From NCBI GenBank assembly GCA_002269645.1, contig NIVC01000206.1, forward strand, positions 124,001 to 188,000: DNA of 64,000 nt. Reading direction: 5' to 3'. The notes beneath the pieces were generated by a model, which was given only the letters and a program-made list of their open reading frames with translations, was not told where the DNA came from and did not search any database. Of this stretch, positions 36,272 through 58,009 are shown one piece after another (position 1 is the first letter of the stretch; each line of letters begins with the position of its first letter). This DNA is from Macrostomum lignano. Taxonomy: Eukaryota. The position numbers and the translations under genes were made by a program.

Positions 36272-36329
36272 CGCATGAAACTGTGATAAACAGTACCGCA
36301 ACTATTCCTTTCTGCATTACCAAACCCAT
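36272..36329 (-). CDS. Ig-superfamily protein, signal-peptide exon (MGLVMQKGIVAVLFITVSC-A)
   Basis: ATG after AAAA; hydrophobic leader; donor GTATGT phase 1 joins in frame to 34837. A possible upstream non-coding exon has a donor at 36793. Predicted protein about 415 aa. Confidence 0.7.
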
Positions 36330-38344
36330 TTTTGTTTCTGGCTGGCAGCTTGTTTTTTAGAAATGCAAAGAGCAACGATTATTACATGCAGATGAAGAGC
36401 AACACCTAAGACCCTTTGTGCACTTTCGTACAAATCGAATAGTCCAGGCCACCAAACCTTGCTAATAGCTTTCAAGAATTATGAGGAATCAACTACGTTA
36501 AAATATTGAGCGTAAGCGCTTTAAAAACATCATCTTGATCGTTATACTGACAGAATTTTATAACTAATACAAAGAACGACTAAAATTTAATAAAATATAG
36601 CAATTTATCCAGACTTGCTAAGTCTATATTTTAGGTTTTGATATACTATGCAGGTTTAAAGCACACCGGAAAAGCATTTATAAGTTACTTAATTCTTATA
36701 AATACAATTAATTCGTTTCGAACTTTTAAATCGTTCGTTCGGCCTCATGCGTTTGCACTATAATTTAAATATAGCGCTGTATTTATGCTTTACCTTGCGG
36801 TTCTTATTATAGTAGCTCAAAGACGTGGGTCGCCCTTTTCGTTACTGTGAAAAATTAATACATGTACATGTTAATGCAGCAGTAGCAGTTAAAATCTGAC
36901 GTTAGAAGAAAAATTTGGTTGAATTGCTGGACTCGAAACAAGTCATATGTATTATTTGTAGTTATGTATAGCTGTTTATAAAATCTGCGATTATTTTGAG
37001 ACAGACACGTAACGACTTGAATCTGCGAAAAATTATGCTGCATGTACACATGCATGTACACTTGCATGTATGGGAACGTGTATGTACAATATTGTAAAAT
37101 TTCGGTGCTTTTGTAGTAGTAGTACAATTGATAAAGTCACAGTGGGGTGGGATAAATTGTCACATGTGCAATTGACTATTGTACAATATTGTACATACGT
37201 ACGTTCCCATACATGTACATGCAAGGTGCGTGGCAAACTATGTATAAAATGCATACGAGATTCCTGAAATTTAATTATAAAAAGGTACATACATGTGCAT
37301 GTATAGGCAGTAGGCACAGAGAGGCGGCTTGTAAATTAACCAGCTGGGAGCATGCAAGTACATACGCCAATGGCTACATGAGTATACGTAAATGACCAGA
37401 CTGTACTCATAAAAGTAAATTGTTTTGCTAGATGCCTGATTTGCAAAACTTTTTCACGTCCAAGATCCCCCTACGCAAGCAAAACATTCATTTGCGTGTC
37501 TGGTTCAATTATTTTATGCCAATAATTAAATAGCTAATTCAAGCCTGCAAGTTTGATAAACGACAGCTGCTGCAAAAATCTTAGAGATAAACTCGTCGCT
37601 ATAGATATTAATTATGCTTGTACAAAACACCTGCTATAGTTAAACACCTGATGATGAGCTCCTTACTACGAGCTATATACAGTGATCCTTGCGTAAACGT
37701 TATTAAAAAAGTACACAAACTATAGCTATTACATGTAGATCTGATTTTAACAAGAAGTGTGCACGCCAGTTAGATCTACATGTATGAATCCACCACAAAA
37801 TTTTAACACGACAGGTAGGTACTAACTGGATAAACGTTTGTAAAAGCAACTACTATTTCTGAAGGTCTGTACAGGTACCTACTGAAAAAGGTATACTATA
37901 CTTATACAAAAAAAATATGGCGGTTTCAAATCCGACCGACATATTAAACTACGTATTTCGCAATCATAATCAATCGCAGAATCAATCGCAAAGTCAATCG
38001 CTAGCAATTGTATCGAAAATCTAAGAGGCTACGCCATCTGAAAAAAAGCCTTCCTAAGATCCAGAATGCTGCTAGGCCAGCTGTTCCTGAAGCAGCAATA
38101 TGCGCAGATATATTGCCTTCGCGAATGGACTATAATTTTTCTCTACACTTAACAAACAAAGGCAAATTTTTCAAAAAATGAACTTTCAGCACATTCACGG
38201 CTTTGACTGCAGGATCCTGCAGGACTGCAGGATTTGATTGCAGGAACGCTAAAATAACAAATTCCCATCAGTCATGCAGCACTGGTTGACTTTGTTTTCT
38301 GTTAGCGTGCCTGAGGCCGGCTTTTGTGTTATCAATTAGCTCTC

Positions 38345-38960
38345 TTGTTCCTTCCCCTATCTACCGTCCCTACCTACTCTCCCTATCTACTGTCTTATCT
38401 ACTCTCTCTATCTACCATCTTATCTACCGTCCTATCTACTCTCCCTATCTACCATCTTATCTACTCTCCTTATCTACCGTCTTATCTACTCTCCCTAATA
38501 TACCGTCTTATCTACTCTCTCTATCTACCATCTTATCTACCGTCCTATCTACTCTTTCTATCTACCATCTTATCTACTCCCCTTATCTACCGTCCTATCT
38601 ACTCTCTCTATCTACCATCTTATCTACCGTCCTATCTACTCTCCCTATCTACCATCTTATCTACTCCCCTTATCACCGTCCTATCTACTCTCTCTATCTA
38701 CCATCTTATCTACTCTCCTTATCTACCGTCCTATCTACCCCCCCTATCTACCATCTTATCTACTCTCCTTATCTACCGTCCTATCTACTCTCCCTATCTA
38801 CCATCTTATCTACTCTCCTTATCTACCATGACTACCTATTCTCCCTATCTACCGTCCTTATCTACTCTCCCTATCTACCACCCCTACCTACTTAACCTAT
38901 TTACCATTTCTATCTACTGTCCCTATCTACCATCACTTACATACTCTACGTATCTACCAT
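38345..38960. repeat. CT-rich minisatellite (TATCTACCGTCCTATCTACTCTCC)-like
   Basis: Direct reading. Confidence 0.9.
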
Positions 38961-39744
38961 CGCTCTCTATCCACTTTCTTTATCTACATCCCCCCCTCCC
39001 TTCTGTTTCCGTTTTCTCATTTTATACCTTCATCTCAAATCTCCCTCTGTATCTCATTCCTCTTCCTTTCCATAGCAGAATTTTTGTCCAACTTTTGTCC
39101 CATTTAAATCCCAGTCAGTCTAAAATTCAATAATTTCCCCACACACAAGCCGGCGGGTTACCTTTGCCACTGTCCATCTTTCGCGCGAACCAGTAGAATG
39201 GCTAGAGGGCGGAGTTTAGTTCGAAAACACAAAAACCCGTCTCTCTAAGTCCATAAGAGTCGCAGCGGCCTGCCAATAACGCCAAGACAAAGCAGCTGTT
39301 ATACACAAGTCTGGCTCGAATTTTTTCCCCGCGAAGAAGCCTCTTTAACTTTGCGCACAAGGGATCGTCGAGATCCAAAAAGCAGTGGGCAGGGGGGGAG
39401 GGCAAGGGGGAAGGCTCACGTTTTGCAAGGCAACAACCAAGGGTATCTGTCAGTCAAGTTATCCCAAATTGATTTTCGAACCGAAACCAGTTCCCATAGT
39501 TGGAAACACAGTTTCCTGCCCATCTGCCGGTGTAAAATCTGGGTGGAGTGATTTTCCCGAAAAGTGCAGACAGCAGCGCCGGCCCGACGCAGACATGGCT
39601 GTGACGCACGCGGATTTGCTTAGAACAGAATTTTTCAAGGACCGCTTTTAAATGCCAGAAATAGATGCCGCCCGCTTCCGCATGTGGGAGGCTGACGCGC
39701 ATTGAAGGACAGACAACAGGAGGCACTTTAAAGGTCACAAAGTA

Positions 39745-41432
39745 GAGAGCCAGATTCTCAAGGATTGATGAAGCGAGCGGAGAGCCAGATTCTCAAGGAC
39801 TGATGGAGAGCGGAGAGGCAGATTCTCAAGGACTGATGGAGAGCGGAGAGGCAGATTCTCAAGGACTGATGGAGAGCGGAGAGGCAGATTCTCAAGGACT
39901 GATGGAGAGCAGAGAGGCAGATTCTCAAGGACTGATGGAGAGCGGAGAGGCAGATTCTCAAGGACTGATGGAGAGCGGAGAGGCAGATTCTCAAGGACTG
40001 ATTGAGAGTGGAGAGCCAGATTCTCGAGGACTGATGGAGAGCGGAGAGGCAGATTCTCAAGGACTGATGGACAGTGGAGAGCCAGATTCTCAAGGACTGG
40101 GGAGCGGAGAGGCAGATTCTCAAGGACTGATTGAGAGTGGAGAGCCAGATTCTCGAGGACTGATGGAGAGCGGAGAGGCAGATTCTCAAGGACTGATGGA
40201 CAGTGGAGAGGCAGATTCTCAAGGACTGATGGACAGTGGAGAGGCAGATTCTCAAGGACTGATGGACAGTGGAGAGGCAGATTCTCAAGGACTGATGGAC
40301 AGTGGAGAGGCAGATTCTCAAGGACTGATGAAGCGAGCGGAGAGGCAGATTCTCAAGGACTGATGGACAGTGGAGAGGCAGATTCTCAAGGACTGATGGA
40401 CAGTGGAGAGGCAGATTCTCAAGGACTGATGGACAGTGGAGAGGCAGATTCTCAAGGACTGATGGACAGTGGAGAGGCAGATTCTCAAGGATTGATGGAG
40501 CGGAGAGGCAGATTCTCAAGCACTGATGGAGAGCGGAGAGGCAGATTCTCAAGGACTGATGGACAGTGGAGAGGCAGATTGTCAAGGACTGATGGACAGC
40601 GGAGAGGCAGATTCTCAAGGACTGATGGACAGTGGAGAGGCAGATTCTCAAGGACTGATGGACAGTGGAGAGGCAGATTCTCAAGGACTGATGGACAGTG
40701 GAGAGGCAGATTCTCAAGGACTGATGGACAGTGGAGAGGCAGATTCTCAAGGACTGATGGAGAGCGGAGAGGCAGATTCTCAAGGACTGATGGACAGCGG
40801 AGAGCCAGATTCTCAAGGACTGATGGACAGCGGAGAGGCAGATTCTCAAGGACTGATGGACAGCGGAGAGCCAGATTCTCAAGGACTGATGGACAGCGGA
40901 GAGGCAGATTCTCAAGGATTGATGGAGCGGAGAGGCAGATTCTCAAGCACTGATGGAGAGCGGAGAGGCAGATTCTCAAGGACTGATGGAGAGCGGAGAG
41001 GCAGATTCTCAAGCACTGATGGAGAGCGGAGAGGCAGATTCTCAAGGATTGATGGAGAGCGGAGAGGCAGATTCTCAAGGACTAAGGGGAGGGAGCGGAG
41101 AGGCAGATTCTCAAGGACTGATGGACAGCGGAGAGGCAGATTCTCAAGGACTGATGGACAGCGGAGAGGCAGATTCTCAAAGACTGATGGACAGCGGAGA
41201 GGCAGATTCTCAAGGACTGGGGAGCGGAGAGGCAGATTCTCAAGGACTAAGGGGAGGGAGCGGAGAGGCAGATTCTCAAGGACTGGGGAGCGGAGAGGCA
41301 GATTCTCAAGGACTGATGGAGAGTGGAGAGGCAGATTCTCAAGGACTGGGGAGCGGAGAGGCAGATTCTCAAGGACTAAGGGGAGGGAGCGGAGAGGCAG
41401 ATTCTCAAGGACTGGGGAGCGGAGAGGCAGAT
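39745..41432. repeat. 33-bp tandem repeat (GGAGAGGCAGATTCTCAAGGACTGATGGACAGT)n with shorter and longer variants
   Basis: About 1.7 kb, about 50 copies. Confidence 0.95.
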
Positions 41433-41994
41433 TTAATGCTACATTAGCAATTTTCCCAATCAAAACAGTGCATAGAAACCAAAACGCGGCTTTGGAATTA
41501 AACAATAACAAAAGACTATCCGCTGTAAACTGTGATATAACTGTGAAAAAAACGTCTTTATATATTAGACTAAAATTCCAATTGTCAAAACTGAACTGAA
41601 GGCACTCAGCTGACACAAAATAAACAGTTGATATTAATGACAGAAATCAATAGCAAAATAAAACACACACGATATGCCTGCATACTTCGGTTTGGTAAAA
41701 TAATCAGCTTTGGTCTTAAAACGTTTCGCAATTGATTTAAAAGTCTACTAGTAAACGGTAAAGCAAGGACATTGCTAGGTTAAAGAAACACAAAATATGG
41801 TTAATAAATTTGGTGAAAAAAAGCAAAACACAGAGAGCTAGCTTTTCACTACTGGCCTAGTACATGTAAATGGTGATTTCTTAGCAAAAATCAGTGTTTT
41901 ATTTGCACTATTAATTTTTGTAAGACTAATTACGAGATTAATTAAATGTTTTCCGATAAATGGTCTTGTTACTGAAGGAGCTGAGGGTGCTGAA

Positions 41995-42552
41995 GGATTT
42001 GGGACTTGAGATGTTCGGACTCGAGGTTTGGGACTTGAGGTTTGGGACTTGAGGTTTGGGACTTGAGATTTGGGACTTGAGATCTGGGACTTGAGATCTG
42101 GGACTTAAGATTTGAGATTTGAGATTTGGGACTTGAGATTTGGGACTTGAGATCTGGGACTTAAGATTTGGGACTTGAGATTTGGGACTCGAGGTTTGGG
42201 ACTCGAGGTTTGGGACTTGAGGTTTGGGACTTGAGATTTAGGAGTTGAGATTTGGGACTTGAGTTTTAGGAGTTGAGATTTGGGATTTGAGATTTGGGAC
42301 TTGAGATATTCGGACTTGAGATTTGGGACTTGAGATATTCGGACTTGAGATTTGGGACTTGAGATATTCAGACTTGAGATTTGGGACTTCAGATTTGGGA
42401 TTTGAGATTTGGGACTTGAGATCTGGGACTCGAGGTTTGGGACTTGAGGTTTGGGACTTGAGATTTAGGAGTCGAGATTTGGGACTTGAGATTTGGGACT
42501 TGAGATTTGGGACTCGAGGTTTGGGACTTGAGGTTTGGGACTTGAGGTTTGA
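41995..42552. repeat. 14-bp tandem repeat (TTTGGGACTTGAGA)n
   Basis: Direct reading. Confidence 0.95.
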
Positions 42553-43077
42553 CGAACCAATAATTAGGATCCGGAATTAAAAATAAATGAGCTGACTAAA
42601 ATACAAAAAAACTGTAACACACAAATTGTTTTAAAAAATGCTAACACATCGAGTTTCCTAACCACAGAAAGCAGATTAAGAAACATTTAATATGGCTCAA
42701 ATAAACGACAAAAAAGCTTTTACAAAGTACGGCTTGCGCTTTAACAAGCGGAGCAAAAGGTTAATATGAGAAAATTCGATTTTGGGGAAAATCTAAAAGA
42801 CTACAAAGATTCACTGCTCACCTCACTGAGGACTTAGTCATAGCTTTCGTTTTAAAAACCACTGCTGCAGTACGGCACAGGATTGAAAAAATGAAAACAG
42901 GACAAACACGTGAAAATGTTCTGATTTCGTCGAAAAAAGGTGAAATAATAATTTAGAATAATTACTGGCTTAAACTCAGGTGACCGTACTGACAAAACAT
43001 AACTTCTTTGTGTTCTCCAGTTCAAGCAGAGCTTCTGCGACTGGGACCGAGCACAAGTCGGCTGGCAAAGGTTGCTA

Positions 43078-43106
43078 TCAGTCAATCTCCTTAGGCAGTT
43101 GTCCAA
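43078..43106 (-). CDS. SERCA: SERCA, best candidate terminal coding exon (V-GQLPKEID*)
   Basis: Strong polypyrimidine acceptor TGCTTTTCTCTGATTTTGTTTCAG, phase 1 compatible; gives a total of 1000 aa. Other candidate ends exist (see findings). Confidence 0.45.
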
Positions 43107-43159
43107 CTGAAACAAAATCAGAGAAAAGCATGAATTCGATTATTAGAGTTAGCAGTAAT

Positions 43160-43305
<146 letters not shown>

Positions 43306-43689
43306 GCAGATTAAGAGTAGTCCCAGGAAGAGCGACAACAGAAAGAATGGCAGCAGTGGTTTTCTTTTGCGTCGAGATGCCCCTAAGCAAAACAGCAACA
43401 CGAGAACGCAGGGGCTCGGATTAAAACATTGGCTGGCCTTATGGGCGTGGCCCGCAGTTCAGGCAGGTTGACGAACGGAAGGGGGCCGACCCGGATACGA
43501 CGGCAGAAGAACTGTTTATTTTTGCAAGACTGAACAGGAAGCCCCGCCCAGGTGCAACGCATAAGAAACGAGCACATTGTACCTTTAAGTGCATGTTTAC
43601 CATGTGTTCGTATTGGCTGTTCAATCGCATCGATGTTAAGATTTTATTAGCGGTTAGAATATCAGGTAAGATAAGCTAAGCTCATTCAA

Positions 43690-44220
43690 CCCTTCACCCT
43701 AATTGTTAGGTGAGATAAACTGATCCCGCCCAACCCTCACCTTAATTAGCAGATGAGGTAAATTGAGCCCACTCACCCCTCACTTTAATTAGCAGGTGAG
43801 ATAAACTGATCCCGCCCAACCCTCACCTTAATTAGCAGGTGAGGTAAATTGAGCCCACTCACCCCTCACTTTAATTACGAGTAGCAGGTAAGATAAACTG
43901 AGCCCGCCCAACCCTCACCTGAATTAGCAGGTGAGATAAATTGAGCCCGCCCAAACCTTCACCTTAATTAGCAGATGAGGTAAATTGCCAGATTGAAAAT
44001 AAAAACATCATTTACCTTAACTTAACAAAACTGAGCCCGCCAAACCCTCACCTTAATTAGCAGGTGAGATAAACTGAGCCCGCCTCAGTTTAATTAAATC
44101 CTCACTTTAATTAGCAGGTGAGATAAATTGAGCCCACCCAAACCCTCACCTTAATTAGCAGGTGAGATAAATTGAGCCCACCCAAACCCTCACCTTAATT
44201 AGCAGGTGAGATAAATTTCC
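43690..44220. repeat. About 45-bp minisatellite (TAATTAGCAGGTGAGATAAACTGAGCCCGCCCAACCCTCACCT)n
   Basis: Direct reading. Confidence 0.9.
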
Positions 44221-44298
44221 AGATTGCAAATAAAAAAGAAATAATTAACCTTAACTAAGTGAAAAACCACAGGTGCAAAAAGCCAATCAGCAACTCAC

Positions 44299-44416
44299 CG
44301 TCCGTAAACTTCCTGGCAACAAATTTGAGCACCTCATCCAAGATAAGTACTGGCACAGAGATTTTAATAACGGCGAACCATTCCTCCAAGGTGAGACTCG
44401 TGATTTGGAAGACTTT
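44299..44416 (-). CDS. SERCA: SERCA exon 10 (M10)
   Basis: KVFQITSLTLEEWFAVIKISVPVLILDEVLKFVARKFTD; AG/GT borders; phase 0 to phase 1. Confidence 0.93.
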
Positions 44417-44719
44417 CTGAAATATTTATGAAAATAAAATTCAAAGACTGCCCCATCAAGAAGGTTCAGGTAATGAAACACTGCCACATATGAATCACAT
44501 ATGAGCAATAAAGCTGCCATTTGTGTACACAACTTTATGCCTGTAATAACTAAGCCCAGATGATATTATACTGCAAGAGCAATAAAATAGCTATCGCAGG
44601 CCGCATTATTGGTAACGAGAACTGTCTGAATCCTTTAACAGCAGTTTGCACTTCAAAGGTAACCACTGCGGGGCGCGGGCATCTAATTACGTATCTTCAC
44701 TGTCTTATCTGTCCGGACA

Positions 44720-45332
44720 CGCTTCCGGACATTTGCCCTCCGGCACTTCCCCTCGGCGGCGTTTGCCCTCCGGACATTTGCCCTCCGGGACATTTCCCCT
44801 CCGGACATTTGCCCTCCGGACATTTCCCCTCGGGGACATTTGCCCTCGGGGACATTTGCCCTCCGGACATTTGCCCTCCGGACATTTGCCCTCCGGACAT
44901 TTGCCCTCCGGACATTTCCCCTCCGCACATTTGCCCTCTGCAAATTTACCCCCTCGCACATTACTCACCTCACCTCCTCCTGTACCCACCCGTCGTTCCT
45001 CCAGCACCAACCTCATCCTCCCGCCTCTTGCATCCATCAGGTTCTTCTCCAGCCAACAACTCATCCTTTTCTAGTAAGCAATATATACCCGCGCCCTACC
45101 CTATCCCCAGCCTTACCTGTACTTTTCCAGAGGGGAAATGTCCGGAGGGCAAATGTCCGGAGGGCAAATGTCCCCGAGGGCAAATGTCCCCGAGGGCAAA
45201 TGTCCGGAGGGCAAATGTCCGGAGGGCAAATGTCCCCGAGGGCAAATGTCCTCGAGGGCAAATGTCCGGAGGGGAAATGCCGGAGGGCAAATGTCCGGAG
45301 GGCAAATGCCGGAGGGCAAATGTCCGGTAGCC
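44720..45332. mobile_element. Foldback-like (MULE-type) non-autonomous element in SERCA intron 9
   Basis: Left array of (CGGACATTTGCCCTC)n at about 44725-44940 and inverted right array (GAGGGCAAATGTCCG)n at about 45130-45327 around a unique spacer. Flanking direct repeat GTCCGGACA(C) at 44711-44719 and 45333-45341. Confidence 0.8.
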
Positions 45333-45524
45333 GTCCGGACACATAGCAAACATTGCAACGCAATACTCATAAAATTTTGAACTGGTAATTTTCCAATCCC
45401 TGAAAATTGGGCTGCTACAGACTGTAACGAAAAATGTACAATCAGACATGTACATGTAAGGTATTTCTTCTTGTCAAACTTATTCGAAACCCACGGTATT
45501 AACTAAACGATGTTTAATACTTAA

Positions 45525-45712
45525 CACCCCTTGATACCACACCCAAAACCCTTGATACCACACCCGAAACACCTTGATACCACACACAAAGACAAAGCCC
45601 CGAGACCCCATTTCTTGATCTCACTCACAACTTAGATCCCACACCCCATATCCCACACCTCATAACCCACACCCCATTATCCCACACCCCATATCCCACA
45701 CTCCATATCCCA
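45525..45712. repeat. Degenerate CCCACACCCCATAT-type minisatellite
   Basis: Direct reading. Confidence 0.75.
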
Positions 45713-45758
45713 GTAAATTTGATATGAAAGTCCTCAATTTCCAGCCCCAGAGAAGTTA

Positions 45759-45947
<189 letters not shown>

Positions 45948-46429
45948 TTATCATAATAAATAAAGTATAGGTGCATGCAACAGCAGCATCCGAGCAGACA
46001 AATGATTCTAAGAAAGCTTCTGACAGAATTTCGTGCTAAAAATAATTAACTGAAATGAATTCCAGTCAGGTAAAAAATGTCTACTAACAAGTATTGGTTA
46101 GGACAAGATGCTGTGTAGTTACTTTCAAAATGCAAATCAATATTTTCTGAGTTAGGGCGTTGGCGCCAATTCAAATGACAAAGAGAGATCAGCGATCCTG
46201 CTTTTCTCCTGCTTTCTACAAATCAATTTCTGCTCGGATGAAATAGTCATGTTTTTGAACCGACAGATATAAAATAATGAATAGGGTTATTAGATGAAGA
46301 AATTATTAATATATTTAAAACCGTCATTTAGCTAGCTATCTCTCTTTCTCAGTTGAAATTACTTCGCCTAGCAGACTGGCAGCATGCAATCAGTCGTCCG
46401 CCACATTTTTAACAACTAAATTCACTGGA

Positions 46430-47070
46430 GATGTTTGTGGGGCATTGGGGCGGCATCATAAACTACATCAAAGGATTGGGGTGGGGCAGGGCGGCATCAT
46501 AAACTACATCAAACGATTGGGGTGGGTCAGTGGCGGCATCATAATCTACATCAAAGGATTGGGGTGGGTCAGTGGCGGCATCATAAACTAAATTAAAGGA
46601 TTGGGGTGGGGCAGCGGCGGCATCATAGACTACATCAAAGGATTGGGGTGGGGCAGCGGCGGCATCATAGACTACATCAAAGGATTGGGGTGGGGCAGTG
46701 GCGGCATCATAAACTACATTAAAGGATTGGGGTGGGGCAGCGGCGGCATCATAGACTACATCAAAGGATTGGGGTGGGGCAGTGGCGGCATCATAAACTA
46801 CATTAAAGGATTGGGGTGGGGCAGCGGCGGCATCATAGACTACATCAAAGGATTGGGGTGGGGCAGTGGCGGCATCATAATCTACATCAAAGGATTGGGG
46901 TGGGTCAGTGGCGGCATCATAAACTACATTAAAGGATTGGGGTGGGACAGCGGCGGCATCATAATCTACATCAAAGGATTGGGGTGGGTCAGTGGCGGCA
47001 TCATAAACTACATCAAAGGATTGGGGTGGGTCAGTGGCGGCATCATAATCTACATCAAAGAATTGGGGTG
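46430..47070. repeat. 42-bp tandem repeat (AAAGGATTGGGGTGGGGCAGTGGCGGCATCATAAACTACATC)n
   Basis: About 15 copies in SERCA intron 8. Confidence 0.95.
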
Positions 47071-47139
47071 AAACGGCTGACAGTAAAACCAAGACTGCAA
47101 AGCCAGATGGGCCCAAAGTGCAGCGGTATATTAATGCTA

Positions 47140-47304
<165 letters not shown>

Positions 47305-47327
47305 TTATCGAGTGTAAAACGCCTCAC

Positions 47328-47461
47328 CTGTTCATTGCGTTGAACATTTCAATGAGCACTAGGACAGACAGGGCCATGGTCATTGGCTTGGGATTGTTGA
47401 ATATCTTGCAGTCGATGCCTGCGAAGTTCTGCTCTTCGGCCAAGCACTGCATGTGGTGCGT
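47328..47461 (-). CDS. SERCA: SERCA exon 8a (L7-8 loop + M8)
   Basis: 134 nt; acceptor CCCTTACAG; [45 protein letters not shown]; donor GTGAGG; phase 0 to phase 2. Confidence 0.92.
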
Positions 47462-47493
47462 CTGTAAGGGCGCGACTCCACGATTGAAGTAAG

Positions 47494-47932
<439 letters not shown>

Positions 47933-48169
47933 CGGCTAAGTGAATGGCCGATATGTATTGTAATAAACAAAAGAAAGCTTAAGTTGAACCTTCATTTACA
48001 GAATTGATTTAAAACTTTTAGTTGACTTTTCAGCTACTTTTACTGGTGGAATGCGAATAAAATTAAGTTTATTTCCTGGTCCAGATTCCACCAATTCAGC
48101 TGTGAAGCTTTTCGTCAAATGGTTGCTTAAATTACAGAAAAGTATTCATTTAAATTTCTGTTTTAGATA

Positions 48170-48875
48170 ACCCACAGGACGAGGAAGAAGTCAAATGAAC
48201 TATGAGATAAGTAGTAGGGAGGAGGGGGTCAAATGACGGACGGTACAAGTAGGGGGGGGGGGGGGCAAATGACCCGCAGAATGAGTAGGGAGATCAAATG
48301 ACTCACAGGATGAGCGGGGGGTCAAATGACCCACAGGACGAAGAGAAGGTCAAATGAACTACGATATGAGTAGGGGGTTAATTGACTCACAGGATGAGTA
48401 GGGGGGGGTCAAATGACCCACAAGATGAGTAGGGGGTCAAATGACCCACAAGATGAGTAGGGGGTCAAATGACCCACAGGAAGAAGAGAAGGTCAAATGA
48501 ACTACGATATGAGTAGGGGGTCAAATGACCCACAGGATAAATAAGGGGGTCAAATGACTCACAAGATGAGTAGGGGGTCAAATGACCCACAGGACGAAGA
48601 GGTCAAATGAACTACGATATGAGTAGGGGGTCAATTGACTCACAGGATGAGTAGGGGGAGGGGTCAAATAACCCACAAGATGAGTAGGGGGTCAAATGAC
48701 CCACAGGACGAAGAGGTCAAACGAACTACGATATGAGTAGGGGGTCAATTGACTCACAGGATAAATAGGGGAGGGGTCATGACCCACAAGAATAGTAGGG
48801 GGGGGGGGTCAAATGACCCACAGGACGAAGAGGTCAAATGAACTACGATATGAGTGGGCGGGGTCAAATGACCCA
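48170..48875. repeat. About 30-bp minisatellite (GTCAAATGACCCACAGGATGAGTAGGGG)n
   Basis: Direct reading. Confidence 0.9.
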
Positions 48876-48924
48876 GCTTCCCAATACGATAGTGGAGTCA
48901 AATTAGAGACAATATAGGAGCCTA

Positions 48925-49344
<420 letters not shown>

Positions 49345-49479
49345 TCATCTACTTGATTGGATGCACAGCACTCGCTAGTACAGGAGCCCGGACTTTCTCA
49401 TTGTCAGCGTGGCCGGCCCTCATGGGCGCCAATTCTATGGAAAGATCTACTCTGCTTCTAAGAAAGTCAGGGAGAGTCG

Positions 49480-52320
<2,841 letters not shown>

Positions 52321-53094
52321 TTACAGTACTGTTCAATTTAATTTTACTGATAACCGGCACGCCTAGTTTCCATTTAAACTTTTACAGTACATTGAAAACC
52401 AATACTTGCAAATTATTCGGGTGCATCAAGGTTTCATAATAGAGAAAGTGCAACGACAACAAAAGAACAGCCGAGACAGCGCGACATTAATAACTGTCTC
52501 GCCCAAGCGACCCCTAGCTGTACAGTAGTACACAAGAAGAAGTTAAATGCCAAATTCGAAGATTCACTGACTAATAAAGCTGTTATATGATATTGTTACA
52601 AAGGACAACTTATATGTACAGAGTATAGGATAAATTCCTGTTGTCAGAGCGGGACGCAAGGATAAAGGAGATGTCCCAATAGACCAGCTATGGAAAAGGT
52701 CAGCTGCAAACAGGCATGTCCATCACTTATTCCGGAATCAATTCTGACTTTTTTGTCAAGGCTAGACTAGCAAGAAAATATTCCAACGAAGAGCCTTTAG
52801 ATTTCAACTTTCGAAGAAACATCAACCTCCGGCTGGGACCAGAAAGCAGACGAAGGATCACCAGCAGAAAATGGATCCTCTCTCCTAGGGGGGAGGAGTT
52901 TTGCCCGAGAAAAATTTTATTTTTAACTTTTGCTGACGTGAAAAGATTTTTTTAATAAAGTTAACCAGAATTAGAACAACCTTGAACAGTCTAGGCTAGC
53001 GTGTATAGAGGGCCTCCTTAATCTACGAGTGACGGTTCTTTTATCAACTGGCTCTGTACAACTATCGACGGGAAAAATGTCAGGTGTCGCATTA

Positions 53095-56648
<3,554 letters not shown>

Positions 56649-57066
56649 ATTGATATAGTTCTGCTATTTTGTAAAGCAATTACTGACAAGCAAAAGCGCA
56701 GTTAACTAAGGCTACCTTGCACTGAAATTTAGGTTGAAAGCACTCTAAATTAGGCCAATTAAAAGCATTTAAGTCGCACCATAGTTGTAGTATATAAAAT
56801 AACTTTAAATCGGCTACTTTTAACGATTGAAGCTTTGGCCAAATAGAAAACTTAAGCACCAGCGCACTTGAAGCCTCAGCTAATTAAAATAGATACAAAC
56901 GGTTTCCCTGACTGCTGCTGGTACGTGAAGCCAAGCAACCAAGAGAAATTACTGTTTTTTGCCTAACGAAATTGAAATCCGCAAATACAAAAGGAAATTC
57001 TAGAGAAAATAAAAGTAGTAAAAACATTTCTGCGCAGGAAATTTTACGCGCAGGATGCATTTTCTA

Positions 57067-57918
<852 letters not shown>

Positions 57919-58009
57919 TTAATGACATCTGGGAATTAAATATGGATATCTCTTTTTGGAATAATTTCAGATACGACTGTATTTAACTGAATTCGAGCAT
58001 TCGTTCTAA

